From Alphaproteobacteria bacterium (lineage in GTDB: Bacteria > Pseudomonadota > Alphaproteobacteria > SP197), in assembly GCA_964291415.2 (NCBI GenBank), contig OZ219920.1, positions 608,001-672,000 on the forward strand: a stretch of 64,000 nucleotides of DNA, given 5' to 3'. Position 1 is the first letter of the stretch; every line of letters starts with the position of its first letter. Both the position numbers and the translations under genes were made by a program. The notes beneath the pieces were generated by a model, which worked only from the letters and a program-made list of their open reading frames with translations, was not told the origin of the DNA and did not search any database. Shown here piece after piece: positions 29,881 to 39,896 of the stretch.

Positions 29881-30895
29881 TGCAGTGCCTCGGCGTAGAC
29901 GCTGAGCGGCCGCCGCTCGACGTCCACGGCGGCCGGCAGGCGCCGCGGCGCCGGATCCGGGGTCTGGCGCAGACCGAGCCGTCGGTAGGGGCTGTTGGCC
30001 AGGGGCCGCAGCACCGCGCTTTCGTCGCGTTCGAAGCGGTCGACGGGGCGCTCCCCGGTCGTGCCGTGCCGACGCACGTTGGCCACCGCGTCGAGCCAGC
30101 CTGCGGCCTGCAGGTTGAGATCGTCGTCGTTGGCGAACTCCCGACCATAGAAGAAACTCTCCCGGATGTAGCGGATCGGGCGCTCGACCTTGCCCTTGGT
30201 CCGCGCCCTGTAGGGCCTGCACGAGCGGGGCAGGAAGCCCCAGTGCCTGGCGAAGCGCAGGAACTCCTCGTTGAGCACCAGGCCGCCGCCGGCGGCGCGG
30301 TCGTCGGACAGCACGACAGCGCGCATCTGGTCGAACAGCATCTCGTCGGGAACCCCGCCGAATGCCTCGAAGGCGCTCTCCAGACCCTCCATCAGGACCG
30401 GCATCGTCTGGCGGTGGTAGAAGCGCAACCACAAGAGCCGGGAGTAGCCGAGGACGACCACCAGCGCGTGACGCCGGCCCCAGGGAAGCCGGAAGGTGCC
30501 GAAGTCCACCTGGCCTTGGCGCCCTGCCGGCGTCTCGAACCGCACCGCCGGCTCGACCGGCTCACGCGGCCGAACCGTGCGCACGTACTGCCGCACGCGA
30601 TCATAGCCGCCCGGATAGCCGGCCGCGCGGACCTCGTCGAACAGACGCTTCGCCGACAGCTTCGGAAACTCCTCGAGACGTGTATCGATGATCGCCTTGT
30701 GTCCAGCTTGTGAGCCATCGGCGGGCGTGGCGAATATCCCTTCGGACCGGCCTCGAGGTCCCGGTCCAACTGACCCGTCTCGATCCAGTGGTGGATCGTG
30801 CGACGGTTCACCCCAAAACGCCGTGACAACTCCGCCTTCGAGACGCCCCGGTCCAGATAGTGCTTGAGCAACATCCTGGTCTCCCATCTGTACAT
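29877..30895 (-). pseudogene. istA: IS21 transposase IstA, frameshifted near 30701
   Basis: HTH N-terminus (MYRWETRMLLKHYL...KLD) in one frame. RFETPAGRQGQVDFG, LGYSR, FDQM and TKGKVER in another. Looks like a small deletion in the usual KLDPYK motif. Confidence 0.88.
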
Positions 30896-31253
30896 CCGCG
30901 CACCGCTTCCCGCTGCTGTTGGCTTCGCCAACAGCAGCGGTCCGGTGCACCTCAGTGACAACCCCAAAGTGAGAAACTTTGAGTGCGCATATGTGGGAGA
31001 TTTACGATCAGCACTAACAACTGCTCCTGCAATTGATGAAACGGCGCTTCGGGGAGGTGTCAGATACGGTGCGATCACGCGTCTCCGGGGCCTCGACGGA
31101 CGAGCTCGAAGCCTGGGGCGACGCGTTGCTTGAGGCGGCGACCCTCGACGAGGTCATGACTCGCGCATCCCGGCACTGACGACACCGAGCTGCGTTCGCC
31201 TGGCCACCGACAAGCGGTGGCGGAGGGGTGGCATCGCGCCGCCGGCAGGCACG

Positions 31254-31289
31254 ATGGCACGGACATGGTTTGAACAGGGGTTTGGTTGA
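31254..31289 (+). pseudogene. Truncated Rpn C-terminal cassette 4 (MARTWFEQGFG*)
   Basis: 31180..31286 repeats the leader and start of cassette 3 (28736..28851), then homology ends. Confidence 0.7.
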
Positions 31290-32031
31290 AGCGCCTGCCC
31301 GTCGCTTGACATAGGGCCCTTCACAACGTGGATGCAATCATGGCAACGACGGCCCCGGCCACGATGATCGTCCCGCTGCCGTCAGGAAGTGGGTGCAAAG
31401 GGACCTGGCGGCCTACGAGCCCTGTCGCAGTGACCCCCGAGAGGAATCCTCGATGAGCCGCCCGGTGGATTGCGACGTCCCGGGCTTCGATGCCGGAGCC
31501 CCGCGTGCACCTGTGTTGCTCACTTTGACCTGGCGGCCGTGTTCCGCTCGCCGAAGTCCGGGCCCTATGGCCCGGCATCCTCCTTGAGCATCCATGTTTC
31601 GGTGCAAGGTTTTGTGAGCGTGCGTGAAGATGTTTCCCTGGTCTGTCCCCATGCGGTGTGACGTTCCGACATCGCGGTGTCTACGCCCCGTGGCCAGGGA
31701 GACGTTGAGTTCGTGATCCCGGCAGCATGAGGGGGTGTTCGGAATATGAAGTCAGGATCATGTCCGCGCTCCGTGGTCAGTGTGCACAGGAAGCCGGTTC
31801 GGCATGGAGATCAGTCGACATCACGGTTTCCAAGACGTTCTTCATGCATGCCGATTCTCGTTCAGGTGCCACCGGGAACTCGTGCGTTGGTCAGCGGCGA
31901 GAGGAATTCGGACACCCCGGTCTCAGGCTGGATACGGGGAGTTCGGCGGGCTCGCATGGTCCAGGACTGCTTCGGTTGGCGCGCCGGTGGAGGGCCGCTA
32001 CGTTGTCGGCCGCATCGTGGAATTCTAAAGC

Positions 32032-32502
32032 ATGACGCAGCCGATCAGCCTCGACGTCAACGGCACGACCTGCAGCCTCGAGGTGGGTGCGGACGAACCC
32101 CTGGCGCTCGTCCTTCGCAACCGGCTCGGGCTCACGGGCGTCAAGGTTGGCTGCGGTCTCGAGCAGTGCGGCGCCTGCGCCGTGCTCGTCGACGGGGAGT
32201 CCGTGCTGAGCTGTGTCGCGCCCGCGGCCGGGTTCGCCGGAAGAAAGATCGAGACGGTGGAGGGGCTGGGGAGCCCCGAGCGTCCCGGTCCGGTGCAGCA
32301 GGCGCTCATCGACGCCGGGGCGGCGCAGTGCGGCTACTGCACGCCGGGACTGGTGGTCGCGATCACGGGCCTGCTGCGAAGGGAGCCCCGGCCGGACGAG
32401 AACGCGATCCGTGTCGCGCTCGTGCCGCATCTCTGCCGTTGCGGTGCCCATCCCAGGGTCCTGCGCGCGGTGCGGGCGCTGGCGGCGGAGACGGCACGGT
32501 GA
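32032..32502 (+). CDS. [2Fe-2S] small subunit of a molybdenum hydroxylase (nicotinate dehydrogenase NicA-like)
   Basis: GCGLEQCGACAVL, QCGYCTPG, and LCRCGAH. Confidence 0.88.
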   Translation: MTQPISLDVNGTTCSLEVGADEPLALVLRNRLGLTGVKVGCGLEQCGACAVLVDGESVLSCVAPAAGFAGRKIETVEGLGSPERPGPVQQALIDAGAAQCGYCTPGLVVAITGLLRREPRPDENAIRVALVPHLCRCGAHPRVLRAVRALAAETAR

Positions 32503-34653
32503 CGGTCAACCCGAGTCTCGCGGCCCATCCGAATGTCGAGGACTGGATTGCCGTGCGTGCGGATGGCGGTGTGGAGGTGCGCACGGGAAAGGTGGAGATC
32601 GGGCAGGGAATCGACACTGCGGTGGCGCTCATCGTGGCGGACGAACTGGGGGTGCCCTTCGGCCGGGTTCTCATGACACCGGTCACCACCGGCCTCGCGC
32701 CGGACGAAGGCTACACGGCGGGCAGCAGTTCGCTGGAGCATTCGGGCGAGGCACTGCGACACGCCGCCGCCACCCTTCGCAGCGAACTTCTCGGGAGGGC
32801 CTCGCGGCGCCTGGACATAGAGGCCGCGGATCTCGAGACGGGGGACGGAATGGTGCGTTCGCGCGCGACCAACCGGACGATCGCCTTCGCGGAACTCGTT
32901 CACGACGCGCCCGTCACGGGCCCCGTCGATCTCCGGGCGCCGACCCGTCGAGATGCCCGGCTGAGGCCGGGAGATTCAGAAGAGTTCGAGCCACTCCACA
33001 TGCGCAGGCGCGTGACCGGCACTCTCAGGTTTGTCCATGATCTTTGCCCGGAGGGTACGCTGCATGCCCGCATCGTTCGCCCGCCCCACTACCACGCCGT
33101 GCTTGCAGAACTGCCAGATGACATCCAGACGGTGCTCGGCGATGCGCGCCTCGTCCGCGACGGAAGCTTCCTTGCGGTAGCCCACGACGACGAGCACCTG
33201 GCCATCCAGGGCGCGGAACGGCTGTCGGCGGTTGCCCGGTGGTGCGCGGTGCGCGACCTCGACGAAGGGCCGATCGGGCAGCGGCTCCTTGAGAACCGCT
33301 GCGAGAGCTTTGCCGTGCAGGACGGCGTGGCGCGCAACGAACCGGTCGACACGCCGCCCTTGAGCGGACCGGGAACGATTCGGGCGACTTATGAGCGGCC
33401 GTACCAGATGCATGGGTCCCTGGCTCCGTCGGCGGCACTCGCCGTTTTCGCCGACGACCGCTTCACCGTGTGGACGCATTCCCAGGGTCCCTATCCGCTG
33501 CGCAGCGCCCTGGCCGAGGCGCTGGACTGCGATCCCGCCTCGATCACGGTGACGCACGCACCCGGGTCCGGATGCTACGGACACAACGGCGCAGACGACG
33601 CCGCGCTCGAGGCGGCGTTCATCGCCCGCGCGATTCCCGGCCGTCCCGTGCTCCTGAAGTGGTCGCGCGACGATGAACACGCATGGGAGCCCTACGGGTC
33701 CGCGATGCGGATCGAACTTTGCTGCCCGCCTTGGCCACGACGGAGCGGTGGAGGCCTGGTCGCACGAGACCTACAGCGATACCCACCTGATGCGCGCCTG
33801 GCCGGACCCTGCCCGGCCGCAGGCCGGCAAGTTCCTGGCCCCGCGCTATCGCGCAAACCCTCTGCCGGCGCCCGCGCCGACCGCGAGTCTCGGTGCCGGC
33901 GGCGGAATCCACCGCAATGCCACGCCGGCTTATGCCTTTCCGCACATGCGAATCGTCAAGCACCTCGTCCACGGACTGCCGCTCAGGGTCTCCGCTCTTC
34001 GCACCCTGGGAGCTTTTGCCAATGTCTTTGCCGCTGAATCGTTCATGGACGAGCTCGCGCACGAAACGGCCTCCGATCCGGTCTCCTACCGGCGCCGCCA
34101 CCTCGAGGACAGACGCTCCATCGACGTGCTTGACGCCGCTGCGCGGCGCTTCGGCTGGTCCGCTGGTCCGCCGGCGGAGAAGCCTGACGGCATCGGACGC
34201 GGCATGGCGCTGGCGCGTTACAGGAACACCAAGAGCTACTGTGCGGTCGCGGTCGAGGTGCGGGTGAACGACGACGCGTCGGTGGAGCTTCAACGCGCGG
34301 TCATCGCCGCGGATTCCGGCGAGATCGTCCATGCGGACGGACTTGCCGCGCAACTCGAAGGGGGATTCGTGCAGGCTGCCAGCTGGACCCTTCTCGAAGC
34401 GGTGACCTGGGACCGCGACGGCATCACCAGCCGGGACTGGCAGAGCTACCCGATCCTGCGCTTCGACAACATCCCCGAGATCGACACCGTGCTGCTGGAC
34501 CGGCCGGGCGAACCGTATCTGGGCGCCGGCGAAGCCGCCTGCGGTCCGACGGGAGCGGCGATCGCGAACGCGGTCTTCGACGCCACCGGCATCCGGGCGC
34601 GGCGCCTGCCGCTGACGCCGCAGTCGCTCCGCCAGGCCGCCTCGACAGGTTGA
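32499..34653 (+). pseudogene. Molybdopterin-binding large subunit (NicB-like), +1 frameshift near 33720
   Basis: GKVEIGQG, PDEGYTAGS, YQMHGS and GSGCYGHNGADDAA, then LRTLGAFANVFAAESFMDELA, QLEGG and GAGE in the next frame. Confidence 0.85.
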
Positions 34654-34781
34654 TCCGGCAGGACGCACCGCGTGAGTCCACCCGACTGGCGCCACGAGGA
34701 GCATTTGGACTGCATGACCGCATCGCGTCGACGGTGTGAGGAAGTTTCCTTACGATCGTGCGGCACGAAGAAGCGCCGATC

Positions 34782-35102
34782 ATGTCGATCATCCAGGAAG
34801 TCGCAACCATGACGACGAAGGGTCAGATCACTCTGCCCAAGGCGATCCGTCAGGCGCTGGGGGTCGATGCGGGCGCCAAGGTGACGTTCAAACTCCACGA
34901 AGACGGTCGGATCATCGTCAGTCGTGCCGACGCGGAGCATGAAGATCCGGCGATCGGTGCGTTTCTCGACCCGCTCGCCGGCGATGTCCGGGCCGGCCGG
35001 CATGTTCGGGCGATTCCGGACGATTTGGCACGGGACATGCTCGAATTTGCCGGACGTCAAACGGAACCGGACGAGGAGATCGACGACGACGTCGATCTTT
35101 GA
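34782..35102 (+). CDS. prlF: PrlF (SohA) AbrB-fold antitoxin
   Basis: TTKGQITLPKAIRQALGV and HEDPAIGAFL. Overlaps the yhaV start. Confidence 0.9.
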   Translation: MSIIQEVATMTTKGQITLPKAIRQALGVDAGAKVTFKLHEDGRIIVSRADAEHEDPAIGAFLDPLAGDVRAGRHVRAIPDDLARDMLEFAGRQTEPDEEIDDDVDL

Positions 35103-35529
35103 TGCAGCGGCACGGATGGACGCTGCTGTTCCACGATTGCCTCATCGACCAGCTGCGTGAGCTCCATCACGCGGTTCAACGCGCACAACGGAGTGATCCG
35201 ACGGGGTTCGCATCCAATGCGAACGTCAAGCTGTTCCACGCGTTGAGCCGACTGATGCTGGACGTCGTCCCGCAGGATCCGTCCCGGGACGAGTACCTCC
35301 AGGGCAACACGCCAGGATCGGCCGACGGTTCCGATTGTTCTTCCGCTACGATTCCAGGGCGAAGGGGATCGTCTACGCGTGGGTCAATGATCAATCCACG
35401 ATACGCGTGTCGGGAAGCAGAACCGACCCGCATACGGTCTTCGCCAGGATGCTCGCGCGCGGAACTCCGCCTGACGACCGGGCCTCATTGACGTCCGCTT
35501 CGAGGCGGAACTGGCAGTCCGAGAGATAA
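35102..35529 (+). pseudogene. yhaV: YhaV toxin with internal deletion and frameshift near 35311
   Basis: HGWTLLFH...VPQDP...YLQGNT, then IGRRFRLFFRYDS...YAWVND in another frame. The usual LG...HW.RA segment is missing. Confidence 0.85.
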
Positions 35530-35631
35530 CCGTCTTCAGATGGCGCCGGTATCGGCAGGTTCGAACCCTGCAACGACGTTGCCTCCGCCGCAGCCTCAAG
35601 GGAATCGCCCCGACGGACCGGAGGCTTGTGG

Positions 35632-36825
35632 TCAACCGGTCCTGGAATTCCCCGCTGTCTTGACCAGCAAGTCCGTGTCCGGTGAGAACCTTCCGATGAG
35701 CGGCAGCAAGGCGGCGCCGAGGACGCGCGCCTGTGGTCCGATGGAACCCATGCCGATCTCAATTGGTGAAAGACCCGTGCAGTTCATCCGGTAGAACGCA
35801 TCCTCCAGACTGTCCACGACGCGGCCGCGCCAAGCAGGATGCAGCAGTCCGTCGATGACCACTTCCTCGAAATCCACCACGCTCATCGCCGACACCACCG
35901 CGCGCGCGAGCGCGTCCACCGCGCGCTGCAGCCAGGCATCGAAGATGGCGTCGGCTCCGGGTGTGACGTGCTGATCGAACACGCTTGTCACGTCGATCCC
36001 GGCTGCGGAAAGTGCCCGTTCAAGACTGATGACCGACGCCTGATGGATGAGCTGAAGCGGGCGTCCGTCATCTCCGACTTCGTCCATCGGCATTGATCCC
36101 AGGGCGCCGGCATTGAGCTGCTCTCCGCGATGGAGACGGCCGTCGATGACCACCCCGCCTCCGACGAACGTGCCAAGGAAGATGTAGAGCGCACTGCTCC
36201 GGACAATCCGGTCCCCGGCTATCATCTCCGCGGCACAGGCTGCGGTGGCATCGTTGTACACCGACACCGACAGCCCGGTCGCGGCTTCAATCTCCGCGGC
36301 GACATCGATCTCGCGCCATGCCGCAATGACGTCGCGTTCCAGACCGAGCACGTCCGACCACTCATGCAAGACCCAGGGCATGGCAACGCCAATTCCTACG
36401 ATTCGGTCGCGCAATCCCTGGTTCAGCGAATTGATGAGTTCCATGGACGTATCCGTCGCCAGAGTCATCGTCTGATCGGGAAGAGGGGCGGGATAGGGCG
36501 TCGACCGGGAAACGACGACGTTGCCGTCGAAGTCGACCAGGAGAGCCTCGAGACTGCGGCGCCCGATCTTGACACCGATCGAATAGGCACCCTCGGGGTT
36601 CAGCGCGATGGGGGTGAAGGGTTTCCCGACCTGGCCGCGCACCTTCTCGCACTTGATCAGAAGCCCTTCGTCGAGAAGTGAGTTGACGATCACCGTCGCA
36701 GCCTGGCCGCTGAGTCCGGTGGTGCGGGCCATCTCCGCCTTCGACAGCGCACCGGACTGCCGGATCGTCGTGATCACAAGCCGCTCGTTGTAGGCCCTGA
36801 GCCCGGTCGAGTCTCCGCCTCGCAT
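35632..36825 (-). CDS. ROK family transcriptional regulator (FrcR-like)
   Basis: N-terminal HTH (LSKAEMARTTGLSGQ), GIGVAMP, NDATAAC, and GTFVGGG...NAGALG. Confidence 0.9.
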   Translation of the reverse strand: MRGGDSTGLRAYNERLVITTIRQSGALSKAEMARTTGLSGQAATVIVNSLLDEGLLIKCEKVRGQVGKPFTPIALNPEGAYSIGVKIGRRSLEALLVDFDGNVVVSRSTPYPAPLPDQTMTLATDTSMELINSLNQGLRDRIVGIGVAMPWVLHEWSDVLGLERDVIAAWREIDVAAEIEAATGLSVSVYNDATAACAAEMIAGDRIVRSSALYIFLGTFVGGGVVIDGRLHRGEQLNAGALGSMPMDEVGDDGRPLQLIHQASVISLERALSAAGIDVTSVFDQHVTPGADAIFDAWLQRAVDALARAVVSAMSVVDFEEVVIDGLLHPAWRGRVVDSLEDAFYRMNCTGLSPIEIGMGSIGPQARVLGAALLPLIGRFSPDTDLLVKTAGNSRTG

Positions 36826-37097
36826 CTCTCGTTCGTTCCCTCGAAGGCACACGGACGTACCGTTGCGCCCGCGAACTCAATCATATCCCCATATCCCGTG
36901 GCGCGACACGGCACGCCCGGTTCGACTTCATTGTGCGTCGGACGCCCTGGCATCGAGCGGACGTCGATCATGTCTCGAGCCGTGGTGCGAAAGCCGGCCG
37001 GGGGCAGGGGACGGACGTACCCCGCTCGTGCAAAAGACGAAACGTGCCGCCTTTCGCACAGAAACCGGGAGTGGGCCGATGTCGCGTGCCGCCAGAA

Positions 37098-38030
37098 TTA
37101 CAGACCGGGCAGGTCGAGACGACGGGGCAGATCCGCGCCGCGCCGCGTGCAGGTCATCGCCGCCGCCGCCGCTGCGAAGTCGACAATCCTGCGACATTCG
37201 TCCAGCGAAACATCGGCGATTCCTGGCTTCGTTGCCTTTCCCAGTTCGTCGAGACCACAAAGCAGCGCGGCCTGGAAGCTGTCGCCGGCGCCTACGGTAT
37301 CGACCACCTCGACCGTGCTGCCGGACGCTTCAAAGACCTCGCCGCGAAGCGAGACCACAGCCCCGTTGTCGCCTCGGGTGACGACAACGAGCTGCACGCC
37401 TCTGGAGCCCCAGCGGCTCATCGCGCTTTCGATGTCGTCGCCGGGAAACAGCATCTCAAGGTCCTCGTCGCTCACCTTGATCAGGTCGGCCATCTTCGAG
37501 AACTCCTCGACCCGTCGGCGCCACCGGCCCACGTTCGGTTCGATGTTCAGTCGAGGATTCGGATCGAAAGAGATCAGCCTCACCTTGTGATTCCGCAGGG
37601 CGAACTGGAGCAGCGACGAGCCCGTCGGCTCGACAACCAGGGAGTAGGATCCGAAGTGGATTGCCGCCACGGACCGTGGCAACTCGGGCAGTTCTGTTTC
37701 TCCGAGCGAACTGTCGGCCGCATCGTGGCCATAGAAGGTGTACTGAGGTACGCCGTTCAGGTCCAATCCGACAAGCGCCAGCGTCGTCTGATTCTGCTTT
37801 CTGACGAGCCAGGTGGTGTCCACTCCCTCGTCCACCAGCGTGCGCTCGAGCCGGCGACCCAGCGAGTCGCTGGACAGACCGGTGAAAAGCGCGGCGCCAC
37901 GTCCGAGGCGCGAGAGACCGACGGCAACATTGAAGGGAGATCCACCGATGCGGGCATCGAACATGAAGCCGGTGTCGGTTTCGGCCGAAGGGAAGAAGTC
38001 GAAGAGCGCTTCGCCGCAGCTCAGAAACAT
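37098..38030 (-). CDS. PfkB family carbohydrate kinase (fructokinase)
   Basis: CGEALFD, GGSPFNVA, SFDPNPR, and VDTVGAGDSF. Confidence 0.92.
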   Translation of the reverse strand: MFLSCGEALFDFFPSAETDTGFMFDARIGGSPFNVAVGLSRLGRGAALFTGLSSDSLGRRLERTLVDEGVDTTWLVRKQNQTTLALVGLDLNGVPQYTFYGHDAADSSLGETELPELPRSVAAIHFGSYSLVVEPTGSSLLQFALRNHKVRLISFDPNPRLNIEPNVGRWRRRVEEFSKMADLIKVSDEDLEMLFPGDDIESAMSRWGSRGVQLVVVTRGDNGAVVSLRGEVFEASGSTVEVVDTVGAGDSFQAALLCGLDELGKATKPGIADVSLDECRRIVDFAAAAAAMTCTRRGADLPRRLDLPGL

Positions 38031-38327
38031 GTCACTCCTCCTCACTCACGGGCGGGTGTTCGGCCCACAAGAGGATGCGCGGGGACCAGCGATTGCCAGG
38101 TCCTCGTTCGATCCCGGCCGGTGATCGGCACAACGCTGTCGGAGTGTTCGCCTGCGAAGCTGCAGGGAACGTGGTCGTTGTATCCGTCACTCCACCCGGT
38201 TCCGTGCCTTGGCCACGCCTCGCCGTTGCAGCACTCCTGCAACAGCGCCGTGCCATCTGCGGCTGTTCCGCAGCTTCGAATCCCCAGGGGGCAGACCTGT
38301 TCGGCGTTGGCGACCGCATTGCCCTGG

Positions 38328-39797
38328 CTAGCTGGCCGTATAGTCGTGCAAGGATGCCCTGCAGCCGTCCGACCAGATCCTCGTGAGCCAGCGCTCGAAC
38401 GCGCTGGCAAACTGCGGGGCCTCGACCAGTTCGCCGTAGAATTGGCGCTGTTCCAGCCAGGCGCGCGGACGATGCCGCGCCGCTTTCGCGGCGGCCACGA
38501 GCGTGTCCCAGAACGGATCATTGGGCTCGATCACGGTGCCGTCCTCGCGCGTGCCCTCGCACATGCGTGCCCACAGCGCCTCGACCAGGGCCAGCCCTTC
38601 GACCGGCGTGCCCGCTCTGAGGCCGTCGCGGACGGTCGGCAGGACAAAGCCCGCGTGGCGCGCTGAGCCGTCGAAGGCGACGCGCCGCGTCGTATCGACG
38701 ACGGCGGGGTTCGAGAATCGTCGGGTGACCAGCTCGAGGTAATCCTCCGGCGCAAAGTCCGGAACCGGCGTGACGTGAGGCAGAATCTCCTCACGCTGCA
38801 CCTGTCTGAACATGGCGTGGATCAACGGCTCCGCCATGCAGTCCGAAACAGTCTCGACGGACAGGATTTCGCCGGGACTCGCAATGATCTGGTGACCCGC
38901 GTTGAGGATGCGGATCTTAATCGTCTCGTAGTCGTGAACCCGGTCCGAGAACGTGGCGCCGACGCGGCCCCAGTCCGGGCGCCCGGCGCAGAAGTCATCC
39001 TCGATGACCCACTGCCGGAAGCGCTCGTGTGTGACGGGAACCCTGTCGTCGATGCCGAATGTGCGAACCAGCGCAAGCTCGTTAGGGCCGGTCGCCGGGG
39101 TGATGCAGTCCACCATGGAGTTCGGAAACGTGCAGTTCGCGTCAATCCACTCGGCAAGGGCCGGATCCGAGGCCCGCGCGAGGGAGACGACGGTCCGGCG
39201 CAGCACCTCGCCGTTGCCCTGAACGTTGTCGCAACTCATTCCGGTGAAGGGGCCGATGCCCTGATCGCGTCTGGACCTGAGCGCCGCCACAATGGCTCCA
39301 AATGCCGTACGGGGGCTCTCGGGATTGGCGGCGTCGTGTTCAATGTCGGGATGCGATTCGTGAAATTCCATCGTCGCGGGATCGATGTAGTACCCGCTCT
39401 CGGTCACCGTCAGAGCGACAATTCTGATCGCGGGATCCGCCATTTGGCGGATCAGGGCGGTGTTCCCGTCCTCGACCGGCACGTAGTCGATCATCGCGCC
39501 CGGCACCTCGGCCGACGAGCCCGACGGGTCGAGCTCGATCAGCGTCGACAGGCAATTCTGCTTCAGCAGTTTCTCGCGCTGCACCGCATCGCCTGAACGG
39601 ACACCTGCGCCGATGATGGCCCAGTCGTGGTCGATGCCGAGCTCGAACAGCCGATGCAGGTACCACGCCTGGTGGGCCCGGTGGAAGTTGCCAAGCCCGA
39701 TATGGACGATGCCCGGGGTGAGCGACGCGCGATCGTAGGATGGTCGCGCAATCGACTTCGGCAGGTCGTTCAGCGTTGCGTCCGAAAGGCGAATCAC
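38328..39797 (-). CDS. mtlK: Mannitol 2-dehydrogenase
   Basis: IVHIGLGNFHRAHQA, LTVTESGY, SCDN, FPNSMVDCITP, QWVIED, and KIRILNAGH. Confidence 0.92.
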   Translation of the reverse strand: MIRLSDATLNDLPKSIARPSYDRASLTPGIVHIGLGNFHRAHQAWYLHRLFELGIDHDWAIIGAGVRSGDAVQREKLLKQNCLSTLIELDPSGSSAEVPGAMIDYVPVEDGNTALIRQMADPAIRIVALTVTESGYYIDPATMEFHESHPDIEHDAANPESPRTAFGAIVAALRSRRDQGIGPFTGMSCDNVQGNGEVLRRTVVSLARASDPALAEWIDANCTFPNSMVDCITPATGPNELALVRTFGIDDRVPVTHERFRQWVIEDDFCAGRPDWGRVGATFSDRVHDYETIKIRILNAGHQIIASPGEILSVETVSDCMAEPLIHAMFRQVQREEILPHVTPVPDFAPEDYLELVTRRFSNPAVVDTTRRVAFDGSARHAGFVLPTVRDGLRAGTPVEGLALVEALWARMCEGTREDGTVIEPNDPFWDTLVAAAKAARHRPRAWLEQRQFYGELVEAPQFASAFERWLTRIWSDGCRASLHDYTAS

Positions 39798-39896
39798 GGA
39801 TGCGGCCCTCGGCAGGGCTTCCGCACACGCAATGAAGCGTCGAGATGCCCGTGGTACAGCCCGGGCCCACCGGTCATTCGACGAATCCCCCGCGCT

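Larger units (their letters stand above)
28919..31019 (-). mobile_element. IS21 family insertion sequence with 5 bp target duplication ACTGC
   Basis: TG...CA termini (TGTCAATCCC... and ...GCACTAACA), repeated AAAWTNCTCAC-like motifs at both ends, ACTGC at 28914..28918 and 31020..31024, and istA-istB inside. Confidence 0.93.
28822..31179 (+). pseudogene. Orphan Rpn C-terminal cassette 3, split by IS21
   Basis: Removing 28919..31024 restores in-frame MARTWFEQGFAEG...GMAELLLQLMKRRFGEVSDTVRSRV...RASRH*. Confidence 0.85.

Noticed and set aside
28064-30148. 694 aa minus-strand ORF across the IS21 and cassette array
   Set aside because: Crosses the IS boundary, is off-frame to istB and antisense to the cassettes, and has no coherent domain.
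31300-31975. ~700 nt gap after the cassette array
   Set aside because: Only short ORFs. No repeat or RNA structure that I could support.
35555-35571. Perfect tRNA T-arm-like hairpin GCAGG-TTCGAAC-CCTGC just after yhaV
   Set aside because: No D arm, anticodon arm or CCA end could be built. It might be an att remnant, but there is no partner site or integrase. tRNAscan-SE/ARAGORN would settle it.
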